A stretch of 64,000 bases of DNA, taken from Cyanophora paradoxa CCMP329. Its lineage: Eukaryota > Plantae > Glaucophyta. The stretch lies in assembly GCA_004431415.1 (NCBI GenBank), contig QPMI01000533.1, positions 186,001-250,000 on the forward strand. Reading direction: 5' to 3'. Shown here in pieces: positions 24,201 through 37,808 of the stretch (the stretch's first letter is position 1; every line of letters begins with the position of its first letter). Under the pieces are notes generated by a model that saw only the letters and a program-made list of their open reading frames with translations, did not search any database and was not told the DNA's origin. The translations under genes were made by a program, and so were the position numbers.

Positions 24201-25832
24201 GTGCGCTTATAATCATGCATATACAAGAGATCAGGATCGCAATCGAAACTATATATATTCTGTTCTTAAACAATTCGCAACATTTTTTAGCTCAGCAGCG
24301 CCTCATCGAATACCTGAAACGTTCTTGGCTTCTAGTCCTCAGACCAGAAAATTAAATAGCGGCGTTCTGAGCTTATGACGGCGCCGGCGGCAGGGTTCGC
24401 GCGGCGGCTGGAGGAGGGGGCCCGGTGGGCGCACGCCGCGCGGGAGCGCGCCGTGGCGCGGCACGTCGCGCGGCTCCGCTCCCACGCGCAGCGCCGCACG
24501 GCGACTGCCTTCGGGCGCACGATCACCGTCCCTGCCCCGTCCCTTCTTCTTCGTCTTCGAACTACTCCTCCTCGGCGGCGGCGGGCGGGAGCTCGAGCCC
24601 GAGCTCGCGGTCGAGCCCGAAGGGCGCCGGCCCGGGCCCGAGCCCGAGCCCGCCGGCGTCGTACCCGGCGCCGGCGCCCAGGCCGCCGCGCCCTCGCGAT
24701 CGGGGTCCTTCATCTCGCCGGCCCGCAGCGCCCCCGTGTCGCTCGCCAGCATACGGGAGGGCCCGCAGGAGCAGCCCGAGCCGCCGCCGGCGCCGCCGGC
24801 CGCGCGCAGCTCTAGCTCCCGATCGCCGGTCGCGGGGGCGGGAGCGCGGGCACGGGCCCTCGGCCGGCCATGGCCGGCGCCGGCGCCGGCGCCGGCGCCG
24901 CGGACCATGGCCAGCTGCCGTCCCCGAGGGAGACGCCGCCCCGGCCCGGGGCGCCACCGGTCGAGCTGCCGAGCCTCCAACGGCCCCGCCTCCGCTCGGC
25001 GTCCGTTGTGCTGGCCGCCCTCCCGCCCCTCTCGCCCACCGGACTCGACGAGCTCGCAGCGGGCCCGGGTACCGACTCGGAGGCGGACCCGGCGCGGCCC
25101 CGCCTCTGGCCGGACCTGCCGCCCGCCGCGGCGTCGGCCGCCCGCCGCCCTTTGGCGTGGCGCCGCCGATTCGTCCCGAACCGCCTCGTGCAGCTCGATG
25201 CCGGGGCCGGGCCCGCTAACCCCCCCCGGCCCCCTCCCGACGCCGCGCCCCGGGGCGTCGGTACCCCCATCGTCCGCAACCGGCCCCTCCTGCCCTTCCC
25301 CGGCCCCCTCGTCCTGGCCTCGCTCCCCTCCCAGCCCCTCAAGCTCGGCGCGGGCCCCCGCCTGGCCCAGCTGCAGGCGCCGGCCCCGGCTGAGGAGGGC
25401 GCGGGGGCGGGGCCCGGATCGCCCCGCTCGGCCCGTGAGGGCGCCGGCCTTCCATCGGCGATAGCGATGTTCGCGATCGGACGCCCGCTAAATCCCGGCC
25501 GCCCCAGCCCGCGCGCCCGCGCCGCCCCGGCCGCGTCAGGCTCAGGCTCAGGCTCGAGCTCCGCGGCCGGATCCCCCATAGCCGCGGCCGCCTCCGCGCC
25601 AGCTTCACTCGTAGGCCAAGGCCAAGGCCTAGTCCTAGGCCTAGGCCTTCAGCACCCAGTTCCGAGGCCGCCGCCGCCGCCGCCCCCGGCCGTCGCAGCG
25701 GCGGCGGCGGCGGCCTCGGACTCCCTCGGCGTACACCCCTCCCTCGGGCCGCTGGCGCCCCACGGCAGCCGCCGCCTCTCCCCAAGCTCCCTCTCGCAGA
25801 TCGCCGAGTCGCCCAGCCCGCTCCTCGTTTGA
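21222..25832 (+). CDS. Multi-exon hypothetical protein with an EF-hand-like helical domain and Pro/Ala-rich tail
   Basis: Spliced FWSVV..RDAYLAYHE|..LYRALHGDFDEARARAAAEEDWAHDAGG..LDWPRFRDSLLQLV|DVWT..EWARFLR|RLL. Contains a ~1.4-kb intron (22455-23873). The domain call is from recalled resemblance only. Confidence 0.55.
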
Positions 25833-26159
25833 TTATTCGCTCGCGTGCACCTTGTATCAGAGCTTTTTAAAATTTCCTATTCTCCAGATCTTAGGCGTGA
25901 TTTGCATTTCCGAAAACGCGAGCTCCTGGCTATGGGCTAGGCCCTTACATATTTTTTGTGATTGCTAATCATGCAAAAGTAGAAAATGCGTTTGCCGTCT
26001 CTGTATTCCTCGGGGCTATAATTAATATATTGTACTTGCTTTTTATATTGCAATTGCTTGTAATTTTGTAATTGCTTTTTATATCTTATGTCTAACTTTT
26101 GACTTGTATCGTGCTCTATTTATTCCGAAAAAGTTACATCTGATTTCGCGGGCGTGAAG

Positions 26160-29100
26160 CTACAGCCCAAAAAGCCCGCGACCGTACGCGAGGCACACAG
26201 CGAACGAGAGCAGGATGGAGGCGATCAGCTGCAGGGACCCGGAGGCGGGGCGGGCGGGCGCCGGCGAAGCGGAGCGGAGGGCAGGGGCGGAGTAGGTGAA
26301 GCTCGCCAGCTGGCCGGCCGTCGCCCAGTTCTCGCCGGTCGCGCTGTCGAACCTGCGGGCGTGGTTCGCGATCAGTACGCGATCAGCATTTCGCGACCTT
26401 CGAATTCCGATGTACCCCGGCGGGATCTGGTCCAGGCCGGAGTAGTTGGGGTCGAGGGCGAAGAGGCCAAGCTCAACGCCGGCAATGGCAAGGTCGTCGA
26501 TCGCCGTGATCGCCTCCGCGATCTCCAGGCGCGACAGGCCTGCCGCAATTCGAACGCGCGAATTAAATTAAAGGACGCATCGACAAGATTTACCAAATGG
26601 ATTAACAGATGGTATTTATGAATTTCATCGACGTTTAAAGGACGCATCGACTGCAGATTTTCAAAGTGCGGACCTTCGGTGTCAACCCCCAGCTGGATGA
26701 CGACGATGGCTGTCGAGGAACTTGCAATTGAGCGGCGCCGCGCGCGCTTCAGTGGCAACTGGAAGCACGGGTGCGCACCTGGCAGCTGCGGGTCCGCAGG
26801 CTCGGGGGACCCCTCCTCACGCCCCTCTGGATCTTCCTGGCGAAGGCGCCGCCTAAGTCGGTTGCGGCGAGCAACGAAGTCGTCCGTGACGTCGGTGTAG
26901 TACTCGCAGGTCGCGTTGATGACGACCACGCGCTCCTCGGGCATGCCAATCGTGTCCGCGAAAGCTGGACGCGCGTCGTCGTCAGAGCGAGCCATGCAAG
27001 CAAACCACCCGCGCGCGCACCCTCTCTGATTTCCTTCAGGTCCGCCTCGGAGGTTGCGACCTCGCAGTCAACGTTCGCGTTCGCGTCGCTCTCCGCACTG
27101 CGGAGGTCGTCGCTCTAGATCTCGGGTGGAGAGACGATGGTGAGCGGGAAACGGACTGGTAGATGATGGAGGTGCTCTTCTTCGCAATCACTTCTGAGCT
27201 GGAAGAGGAGCCTTCGTTGACGGCGGCGAGAAGCGTCGAGCCGGCCTGCTCAGCCTGCCGCAGGGACCGCCTCCGAGCCAGTACTGATTGTGAAGCTGGT
27301 TGAAACGCGTGGATGATGAATCTGATGTTGCCCTGCGGATTCGAAGGGAAGCGTGCGCGTCGATCCGTGCACACTTGGAGCCGCGGCGCCGGGCGAAGCG
27401 CTGGCGTGGGTTACCCAGGTTTCGGGCCAAAGTTTGCGGGGGCCTGCCATCGCGGAACGCGCGGCGCGGTCGGCGGTCAGGACTAACAAGGTCGCCGTCC
27501 GCCGCGCAGCGCAGCGCACCGGGTCCGAACAGCGTCATGTAGGGCCTGTCACAGAGGATCGCGCTGCCGTCCTCGTAGTGGGCCGCCACCTCAATGCGCC
27601 AGTACGCTCCGAACAAGAAAGCCGAGGGCGGGATCGTGGCTTGGAAGGTGTCCTTGTCCACGTCGATCTGCGCATGCAATCGCGGATATCGATAACCTCA
27701 ATACCAGATTTCGCGCATGCAAACCGTCGTCGGCGGCGGGTCGTTCCTGGCTTGCCTGCCCTCTCTGTCGGTGGTTCGAGTCTGCGATGTCGTGATCAGT
27801 CGATCGCGCTTTCCCGAGATTCGACGCCTCGGCTGCACGCGTACGCGTACCGCGATGACCGAATACTTCGTGATGGGCCCCAGGGGGTCCACGGGCGGGT
27901 CCCACTCGACCTTAAGGCCCTCGGGTCCGAGGCCGGACTGGACGCCGCGACCGAGGACCCTGCCGCCGAACGGCCGCGGGCTTCCCGGCGGCCCTCCCGT
28001 CGGCACAGTGACTGATCGCGAGTGTGGGCGGTCAGCGCGGGTGGCTCTCACTTAGTAAACGTCAACGGCGCACTGTCAACGGTGAAGACGTCGGCGCTCG
28101 GACTCTTTCGCCCGTCGAGGTATCCGTTTACAAAGTGCACAGAGCTGGGCAGGGGAAACCGGGCAGGTTAATATTACGGAAGACGAAAGAACATTGAAGA
28201 AATCAGGGCATATATACCAGCCCCCCTTCACGTCCTTCTTGTCCACTGCGACTCCGAGGTCAGCCCACCGCTCGGTATATATCCGTTGATCATGAGCGCG
28301 CTCGCGCTCACGTGGACGCATGCGCACCGGACGCTGCGATCGAGAACGAGGCGGATACTTTCTTCGGCTGATGGCGCGGGGGGGCGTAGTACTCGAGCTT
28401 GTGGACCTGCGAGGGACGGACAGCGAGCCGCCTCATGATCAGCCCCTCCAGCGAATTTGGGGTGTTCGATCGCGAGCAGCTCAGCTCACGTTCGGCGCGC
28501 GCTTAGTCAGGTCGGGCTGCCACGCCTTCGCGGCTGCCTTGGCCTCCGCCTCCGGATAGTTGCGGAAAGAAGGCCGGCTGGGCCGGGGGTTGTCTGTTCG
28601 CCCGCCGTCGGTGTCATATAATTATATATAAACATAACGACTTGCGCGGAAGCTGAATTCAAAAGACGGGAAGCTGAGCGCACCGAACGGAGCGACGACA
28701 TAGACAACCGAGTCGTTCGAGAAGATGACGAGGCGGTTCTTGCAGCTGACCATCGAGTGGCCCCACGTCGGCCGGCCGACGCGACCAAGATCCACGGGGC
28801 GGCTCCGGCCGTTTGTCGTCGGCTCGAGATCCACGACCCTGCCGAGCAATTGCAATCGGCTCTCGATCTAGATCTTGAATCCATGTATTTAAAAGAAAAC
28901 CCAAACAATTGCTAGCGCACAAGAGATTCGCCTCCTGCGGCTCCGTCACCGACTGCAGAGTCGTCGGCGGGTTGTTGATCTTCACAACCGGGCGCGACGG
29001 GATGAATCCGTCACCCCTGCCGGCAGACTGCTGAGCCGGAGCAAACATGGAACAAGTTCATACAACCGCCCCACGTATACGTACCCGTGCATGTACCACT

Positions 29101-30861
29101 TTGACCCAATGCGCTCGCAAGCGGGAGCCTCGACCCGGGCTTCGGCCACGCAAGAGCCAGTGTCCGCGAATTCAGGCTTTTCTTCCCACTTGCCCGTCGT
29201 CACGTCAAAGGCAATCATGCTGTTTAGACGGTATTTGGTGGTTGGGGCTTCGATGTCCGCGTCCTGTGCACCGCAATGAAACTTCGATCAGGTTGTGCGC
29301 AGTTCGCAGGCGCACCTGACCGAAGTACACGCCTTTCACATGCTTGCCCTGGCAAGACTGATCGGCTGCGCGGGGCAGAGCCGATGCTAAGAATTGCGAG
29401 TTCATTGTAACCGGGGCCGCGCGAACCGCTGTCGTACTTGCGACGCCAGTTCTGGCGGCCGCCCCACAGCCAAAGCCTGTTGCCATAGAAGGTCATGCCT
29501 GCGTTCTGTTTAGCGGGCCGAGCTTCGGTACGACGCTCCAATGGGAGATGTAGGGCTCACATCCTAGGCCCCTCTCGAAGCCGGCCGGGATGTCCGGAAG
29601 TCGCACTGGCGCCTCCGTGAAAGTCGTCTTGATGCTTCCGAGACCCTAATTATAGGAGCGAAAATCGGAAGAGTCTGAAGAGGGAAACAGCACGGACCTG
29701 TAGAGCGTCCGCATAGTCGTGGGCGCTCTGGACGCGCTGGGGGGGTCCGTCGTGGTGTAATATGTCGCGCCCGCGCTTGCCCCGGGAAGGGAGTTCACAA
29801 TATCCTTCTCAGCAGCCGGGACCGGTGCCTCCTCGACCCCCCACTTGTCGGGCATGAAATTCTGATTAATTCCACCTGCACCGGTTGCACTGTTACGGGA
29901 AGGATACGATGTCGATGCAGGGCCTAGGGCGCACCGGCGCAATAGATCGTTTCCTTCTCATCCCAAGCGCACTGGGCGAGTCGAAACGGAAGGTCAGCGC
30001 GTAAACAACAGCAAAGAGCGGTCATGGGAGCACCTGCCCGAATACGAAATTCTCGGGGAAGGAAATCGACGGCTGAGTCCACGCACCGCCCGTCTGCGTA
30101 TTGGTGCCCGCCTCTGCGGATTGGAGCGGATCGTGAGCTGGCTGCGGTCTTTAATCGTAAGCTTAAGCTTTAAGCTGCTCACCGACGTCCCAGATGAGTA
30201 ATTTCTTTTGGGGGACGTTACGATCGTTGAAGCCTCCGACAACGAGGACTTTACTTTTCCCTTCGCGAGAAGTATCAGCCCAGCGTGCGCGGCGCTGCAT
30301 GCGCAGCTGGCCATGGTCGCGATCGGGAGATAGCCTAGTATACGTAGCAGGATATTGAAAGCTACAGGCTGAATGAAAGACACGGCAATGAAGGCACGTC
30401 GACGTCCACGGGACGACAAGACACGGAAATGTGACGGCACAGGTTCTGTGGCAAGGCAAGCACACCTTGGGCATCCTTGAAGTGAACTCCCGCTGCGCCC
30501 GCGCGGCCTCCCTCCCTGCGCGACGGATTATGGCAAGTTTGGCGATCGCGAGCAGCCGGAGTCCGCCCGCGGCCGGCCTGGCCATGGCGACCGGGGTCGT
30601 AGCGTAGTCGACGTCCGGCCTGCAGCTGGCGGCCGCGCCGCGGGCCGCGAATTCAAATTCGGACTAGGGAATCGCGGCGAACCCGTGGAACGTTTGCTCG
30701 TAGTCATCTATGATGCCCGGCACTTTGATCGAGAACGACGACAGCCTTGTCGGAGTTTGGGCGAGGACGCCGAGAGCAAGGGCGGAGAGAACGGCGAGCT
30801 CCAGAAGCAGCAGCGACTTGCGATCGGCCCGCCGCGGGCGGCCAGCTAACGTTGTGCGCAT
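26160..30861 (-). CDS. Secreted/cell-surface protein with Kelch-like repeats, an FN3-like domain and a C-terminal hydrophobic (TM or GPI) tail; spliced, possibly two genes
   Basis: Signal peptide LLLLELAVLSALALGVLAQ. Kelch-like KVLVVGGF, AGMTFYGNRLWLWGG and WGHSMVSCKNRLVIF. FN3-like LKVEWDPPVDPLGPITKYSV. Ends LIASILLSFAVCLAYGRGLFGL*. Confidence 0.65.
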
Positions 30862-32796
30862 GGTGCGCCGCTGCTGTGCGCCGATATATATCCGACGAGA
30901 GGTTGAGCTCAGCGGCTGCTGACCTGCCGCACTGCGGCAGTGCGGTAGCACTGCGGTTCAACGCGCGCGTATGGTTGCAATTGCGCGGGCCAGGCGCCGG
31001 CAGCGCGGCGCACCGTCACACACGGCGTGGGCCCGCGTGGCCGAACACTAGCCTAGTAGCCTAGTACTAGTACTACGGTATACGTATTACTACGGTACTG
31101 CCGCCGCGCGCAGTGCGGCCGCGGGCAAGCCTTGACAGTGAACCAGCTGCAGCCTGCAGTGAAGTCGACGTCCGACGTCGACGGTCCGACGGTCACCGGG
31201 TCTGCGGCATGCGCGCGCAGTGCGCCGCGGCCCGGGGCTGCAGCGGCAGTGCCCGACGGTAGTGCAGGCTGCAGCCTGCACTGGCCCTAGGCCTGCAGCC
31301 TGCAGGCTGCCAGTACAGCTCAGCGGCGTACCGTAGTACACTGTTCACAGGGATATGGCCCCATTATAGGCCCCCATATGGGCCATATGGCCAGCCTCCG
31401 AGAACTCCGAAGCCTAGTCAGAGGTTCTTGGAGAACCTCCCGAGATCTTCTAGAGGTTTGAATTCAAAGTTTAAACGTTAACTCGCGATCGCATGCGCAT
31501 CATGATTATTCAAGTTGCATGCAATTGCAAAAGTGATGTTATCATGATAATGATGCTCTATCATGTTGATGATATGATGCATGATATCACCATGATACGG
31601 ACCTCTCCGTCATCATGGACCCCGCCTAGCACCCCTAGGGCAGGCCCGGCCCTTCGAGCGGCGCGCGGGGCGGTGCGTGGGCGCGCCCGAACGGGAGGCA
31701 GGGCTCGCACGCCTCGATCGGATCCTCGCCGATCGCGAGTTCTCCCTCGCCCTGGGCGCCGCCCGCGCCCCGAGGCGGGCGGCATGCGCCGCGGCGCAGG
31801 GCCGGCGGCTGAGGATCCCGGAGGAGGAGCCGTTCACGCCGCGGGACCAGCTGCAGCTGCAGGGGACGGAGCTGCAGGCGGCGATGCCGCAGTGCGCGCG
31901 CGCTCGCCCTTCGAGCTTCGCCGCGCGGGCGCCGACGCTGGCGCCGCACGGCGAGGACGCGTACGTATACGACGGGAGCGGGGGCGCCTAGGCCTGGGAC
32001 GGCGCGGCGCCCCGGGAAGCGTCCCGGACTGGGAGGGAGAGCGGCCCCTGCAGGCCCCGCACCGGCCCCTCCTCGCCCCGCACCGCGCCCCGTATATATG
32101 AGCCCGCCCCGCCCCCCGACGCATCCGGATCCGCCCTTCCCCCCCCCCCCCCCCCCCTCCCCTCCCCCCATCCGCTTCCGCTTCTAGCGACCCCGTCCTC
32201 GGGCCAGCCGTCCGTTTTTGGCGGCCCGCGGCATCTTTTTTTCTTCTTTAAATTTGACCCCGCAATAGCGGTGGTCGAAGAGAATTTTTCCTGAAAGCTT
32301 CGGCTTCGGGACGACGATCCCGAGCACCACATGTAGTCTCCCCCCTCCCCCGACCTCCCCGAATAGAAAGAGAAACGGTCTGACAGCTTCTATAATGCGC
32401 GCGCGAATTTTCATTATTCGAACCTATCTAAAGCTTGATTGTTTGGTCAGACAAAAACGACTCGGCGAGGCTATTCAAGCAGCGCAAATCAAGGCGAGCG
32501 CTAGTGCAGCTGGGAAGGCGGGCACGGTAGAAAACTATACACAGGCGAGCACCCTCACGGCCGTGGGTCGCCCAATCGCGAAGACCTGAAAACGCGTGAA
32601 TGATATCTGAAGATCGAGCTAATTATAATGCTGCACGGATGGAATCGAAGTACAAGTTTGTGCAGGTCTGAAATTCCTCCGAATTTCAGGAAAAGGGCGG
32701 CTAGCTAGCTAATTAATTGCAAAGCAGATCGCGCTATGTATGCGCAGAGTAACTGTACAATCATAATTGCGGGGCGCTGTGCACGGAATTCCAAGC

Positions 32797-35700
32797 TTAA
32801 GCGTCAATGTGAGGGGCGCTGGAGCCCGAGGGGCGGGCGGTCGGGGCCCCGAAGTCCTGCACCTCCGTCGTCTCGCGCATCGTGGCCAGCGCGCCGAGCT
32901 CGGGCCCGGCGACGCAGGAGAAGGAGCGCCCGGCGCGGGCGCGGGCCGCCGCCGCGTTGATCTCGCCGAACGAGCCCGGCTGCATCTGGAACGGCGCGTT
33001 GAGCGGCGCCATCGGCACCTCCGCCGGGCCCACGCGGAATGAGGCCGAGCGCGAGGCCGGCAGCGGCGCGTAGCCGTGCTTGGGGCTGCTGGTGGCGTAG
33101 GCCGCGGCGCGGGCGGCCGAGCGGATGGCGTCGATCTCCGAGGCGGTCATCGCGCCGACGTTGCGGCTCTTGACGATGTAGGCGACCGAAGCGACGGCGA
33201 CGACGGCGATCACAGCGACGCCCGCCGGCACCGCTGGGAAGGCAAATCAGCGTCAGTGTCTACCGTATTACGGCGGCCGGCGCCGCGGCTCACCGATGGC
33301 GACGGCCAGGATGAGGTTGTTGTTCGCGGCGCTGGCGGCGGCGGGCTGCACGTTGGCGGCGGCGTTGGCAGACGCGGGCGTGGACGAGCCGCCCATGATG
33401 AGGGTCCCCTCGGAGCCGGCGCCGGCGATCGAGCGCAGGCCGACGGCCATCTGGCCTCCGGGGTTGACGCCGTTGCAGTAGTCCTTGTTGTAACGCGCGT
33501 TCGCTGCGCGTTCGAATTCGCTCGGAATTAGCTAAAGCTATAGTACATATTTGATCTAGAAGTGGAGGCGAGGTCGCTTGGGCCGAATATTGTCTTGCGT
33601 TCGGGATCGAACGCACATGGCATGAACCAGGTCGCCGAGGCGCCCGTCTGGCAGCACCTGGCCGCCTCGCCAGGCACTTGGGCGCAGCACATCATGGTGT
33701 AGCCGTAGCAGTGCCTGGCACGGCATGGCAGCGATGTCAGCAATCAAGATGAAGCTTGTTTAATGAAGACAAGCATAACGTCCAGCATGAAATCGAAGTC
33801 GACGCACGAGGGGTTCAGGTTGTTGACGAGGGCGGAGTTGACGGTGATGCCGTACTTCGTGGTCGGACCGCGCTGGCGACGGACGGGGGCGCGTCAACCA
33901 CGACTCGCGCAGCGGGGCGCTAGCTGGCGCTGGCAGGGCAGCGCGAGCGCCGGGCCGGGCGGGCGCGCGCACGACGATGGTGTCGTAGGGGGTGGCGGTC
34001 GCGCCGTTCTGGCCCATGATGTAGCGGCGGATGAAAAAGGTCATGTTGCTCCACGCGGCGCCGCCCGAGTACCTGATATATAATTATAAGGCACGTAGAA
34101 ATCAGATCCGAATATATATAGATATACAACGTCAACGTGGCAATTGCGAGCTCTGTTTAGAACGTCAACGTTGACGCCGGCGCACGCGCGCACATGTCAG
34201 TGAAGCTCAGGATGGCGGTCTTGTAGCCGTACTGCTGCCACGCGAACTCGTCCATGACCGTGTCGACGTCGGTGTCGGCGCCGTCCGCCTTGAACGAGAT
34301 GCCGGAGAGGCTCGGCTGCACCAGCGCCCCGCTCAAGACCGACTTGCAGATGGGCGCCACCACTGCGAGGGCGGGCGAGCGAGGGCGCGATATCGATCGC
34401 GTGAGCGTGTGCGCGCGTGGCGCGAGCGAGCGGCTCGAAAGACGTCGTCGACGACGACGTCGACGACGGATCGCGCGCACCGGGCATCGTGGTCGCCACG
34501 GGGCCGTACTCGAGGCCGCTGCCCGAGGCGCACGTCTGCACGCCGCCCTCGAGGTGGCAGGCGTCGAGCCAGACGTTGTACTGGTAGCCTGCCGAGTGCA
34601 AGGCCAGGGGTCAAGTTAAACGAAAAGGAAGATCTAGCTATAGAGAGTTTGAGGGTATATATGAGTACGCTCTGTCTCACCGGGGCAGAGGCTTCCGAGG
34701 CTCAGCTCGTTCCCGGCGGTGATCTCCGTCCACGCTCCGGTGAGTTCGGGAAGGGGGCAGTCCGGTGGGTTGGTCGCCGCGACGAGCGCCACCTTCACAC
34801 GGTACTGCGCAGCGCGGGCCGGGCCGGGGCGGCGATCAGATGCGCTCATGCAAAGGACGAGATCGAGAGGTGCGGTCCATATGCATGCACGGCGGGGCGA
34901 GCTCGGGCGGCGCGCGCGCACCACAGTGATCGCCGAGCCGCCATCCCAGAAGGGCGTGAACTGGTCGATCTTGGCGGGGAAGCCGAACGGGCTCTCGGCG
35001 AAAGTGCCCGGGACGACGGAGAAGTCGCCGCTGTTGATCTGTGCTTCGGCCTCTTCCGGGTCGCGCCGAGGCGGTACCGCTGCGACCGAAAGGTCATGAA
35101 TGGCTTCGATTCGAATAAAAGAAAGCGCAGCGATATATATCGAGAATCTCATGTCCTGGGCCGTGCGCGGACGTACCAGGGACAGTGACGTCGTCGGTCG
35201 CATCGTTATCGGCGCACGAGTCGGGAGTCTTGTAGCACGCAGAGAGAACGTACTCGTACTTCCGGCCTTGCGATCGTGGAAACACAGGTCAGGTCAACAG
35301 AACAACGAAGGGTATATATCACATGTAATTTAGACGCCGCCGCACCGGGGCAAAGGTTCATTCTCACTTCCGTCGTGCTGCTCGCGTATTGCTTCCGCGG
35401 GCTCAGGTTGAGCGCGGGATCGGGCACGATGCTCGACGGGCAGGGCTGGGCGCTAGCGTCGGCCGGCGTCACGGAGCGCAGCTCCAGAGTGTAGTACTGC
35501 GCGTTGGCCAGCGACGGCACGTGTAATTAGCGCGACGGCACGTGTAATTAGAAGCGGCGGCGGCGCACGGCGTTCGAGTCGTCCTTGAAGGCTGTCTTGC
35601 CCGCAGCGACGGAAGGGGGGGCGAACTTGGCGACGGCCTCGACGCCGAGGAGGGTGTCCGGGTCCGTCGCCGTGTCGAAGCTGAGGGCGACGGGGCTCGG

Positions 35701-36772
35701 CGACGGCTGGGCGAGGTCGACGACGAGGCCGGGCGCGCCCAGGCCCGTGGAGCCATCGACAGTGACGTCTTGAGGGCACGTGCAGTCGCTCACGCCGCAC
35801 GGGACGACCGGGTTGGCGAACTCGAAGAGGCTGAAGTCGCTCGGGGCGGGCGCCTCGGCCTCAGTCTTGAAGGAGGCCTGCACGGGAAGGCCGCACGAAC
35901 ATCAATATTTGATGATGAGAATTCTTTGACTTTTTCAAGGTTTTGCTTTCTCGCGCACCCGGAAGAAGACCTTGAGCTTAGCATCGCGGAACAGCTCAGA
36001 GGTAACGGTGATGTCGTACTCCTGCAGGGCCAGGTGTCAATTTGGCAAGGATCCGGCGCCCGGCGCTTCGCTCGTTCGAGATGCGCAGCGGAGACGCACC
36101 GTGGTGTCGTCATCCCCGACAGCGGTGACCTTGAGCTCGTACGTGGCGCCGGTGCCCGCCAGGGCGGTGCCGGCCGCGACGTTGGTGCCAGCGATCGCGG
36201 GGAGGGTCCCGGTGCGGAGGACGATGGGGTCGCTCTTCTTGCACTCCCGCCGGAACTTGAACTCCAGCGTCTTCAGGGCGGCCGGCGTGTTGGGCTATCG
36301 GCAAATAAAGCGTATACGTACAGTCAGAAGACGCGGGGAGGCCGACCAAAAGCCAAGAACGCGGTCGGACCGTGCCGGCGGGGGCCTGGTTCTTGTCGAA
36401 GGGCTCGTACTTCGGGTTCGTCTTGGACCCGTACAACCGGAAGCGGCACCGGACCATGTTCGGCAGCACCTTGCCATCCCCGTCCTTCACGCGCTGGCAT
36501 GTCTTGTCCCCGTCCTGCGGGTGAACATTCTGGGGGGCCATGTTCGCTGCGCACGCCAAGAACGCAGTCAGTCAAGGTCAAGCATAAGATCCGCTTGAAC
36601 TGAACATCTGCATGTGCGCACGGCAGCCAGTTGGAAGGCCGGCGTTGTCCTTGTCGCACAGTGCGCTCGCTGCCTCCTCGCTGCATCCGTTGCCCGTGCA
36701 GCCCGCGGCGGCGACGGAGAGGAGCGCGGCCAGCGCGGCCGCCCAGAGAAGGGCACGAGTCCAGCGCTGCAT
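32797..36772 (-). CDS. Type I single-pass membrane protein with a Cys-containing, FN3-like beta-rich ectodomain (spliced)
   Basis: Signal peptide MQRWTRALLWAAALAALLSVAAAG. Repeated L.PG..Y.Y.V/L segments (LCP|GRKYEYVLSAC, LCP|GYQYNVWLDAC). TM segment LILAVAI|AVPAGVAVIAVVAVASVAYIV, then KSR and a cytoplasmic tail. Confidence 0.7.
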
Positions 36773-37808
36773 CGCGTCGAGTGATCCGGTGATCGGCTGG
36801 CTGATCATGAGAAGGCCGAAGAAGGCTGAGAAGTCGGCGCCTGCAGCTGGGATCGGCCGGGCGGATGAGCCCAGCGAAAAGTGCGGAGCGGCCACCTCTA
36901 GATCTCGCAGCGATCGATCGATACCCTATTTGGCCTAGGCCTAGCCCGGCGAATGTACGTACCGAACGTACGCGCGTATACGTATACGTATGCGAGCAAA
37001 ACGATGATCCGATCAGTGATCGGCCCGGCTGCGATCGGCGATCGCTCGCAGGAGGCTAGCTCTGGGCGGGCGCTGCTGCCAGGCTGCTGCTCAGTGCTGC
37101 CCGCCGCCGAATCGACTCGGCGAAGGCTAAACTTGAAAGCTTGCGGATCGGCCGCCGCCGTGCACGTGCCCCGGTGCCCGGCGTGGCACTGTGGCAGCCG
37201 CCGGGCGGTCAGCATGCATATGCAATGCCGCAGCGCAGCACAGCGCATGCGCAATGCGCATGCACTGCACCGTCGACGTCGCCGAGTCGGCGCGCGCCGC
37301 CGCCGGCGCCGCGCCGATTCCGCTCGCGATCGGATCTGAAGATCGGCGTCGGATCTTTCGAGCCGACCGATAAATCAATCGAGCCGTGACGGACGGTCAC
37401 GAAGGCCCAGTCAAATTGCAGATTTGCCCTATGCGAACAATGCATGAATCACGAGTGGCCGGTTCGGATTCGCGCCCGACCTCCCGGTTCGAATCCCGCC
37501 GTTCCCCTTGCTAAGTTCGCCCCACTGGGCAGCAGTCTGGGGCCTCTGGGCCATATCATGAGTGGCATTAATATTGAGTGCGCCGTGCACGTGCCGCCGC
37601 CGCAGTGCACGTGCGCACTGACGGATCATGAATCATGATGTACAGACGTCGACACTGTCAGACAGTACAGGACTCGGGACCTACAGGTGCAGCGCTAGCT
37701 AGCGCTTTTGATTATACTACTATTATAATTGCCAATTTGTTTTTACATATACTATGATATGCATGTACATATGCATGCCACTTCAAGTTCGAATTCCGAA
37801 AGTTCGTC

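Noticed and set aside
31590-32340. Possible small + strand gene (LARLDRILADREFSLALG...EEEPFTPRDQLQLQ)
   Set aside because: Some coding-like bias, but I could not build a consistent start, splice and stop model.
37480-37505. GGTTCGAATCCC, a tRNA T-loop/B-box-like motif
   Set aside because: The T-stem does not pair fully, and no D-arm or acceptor stem is found.
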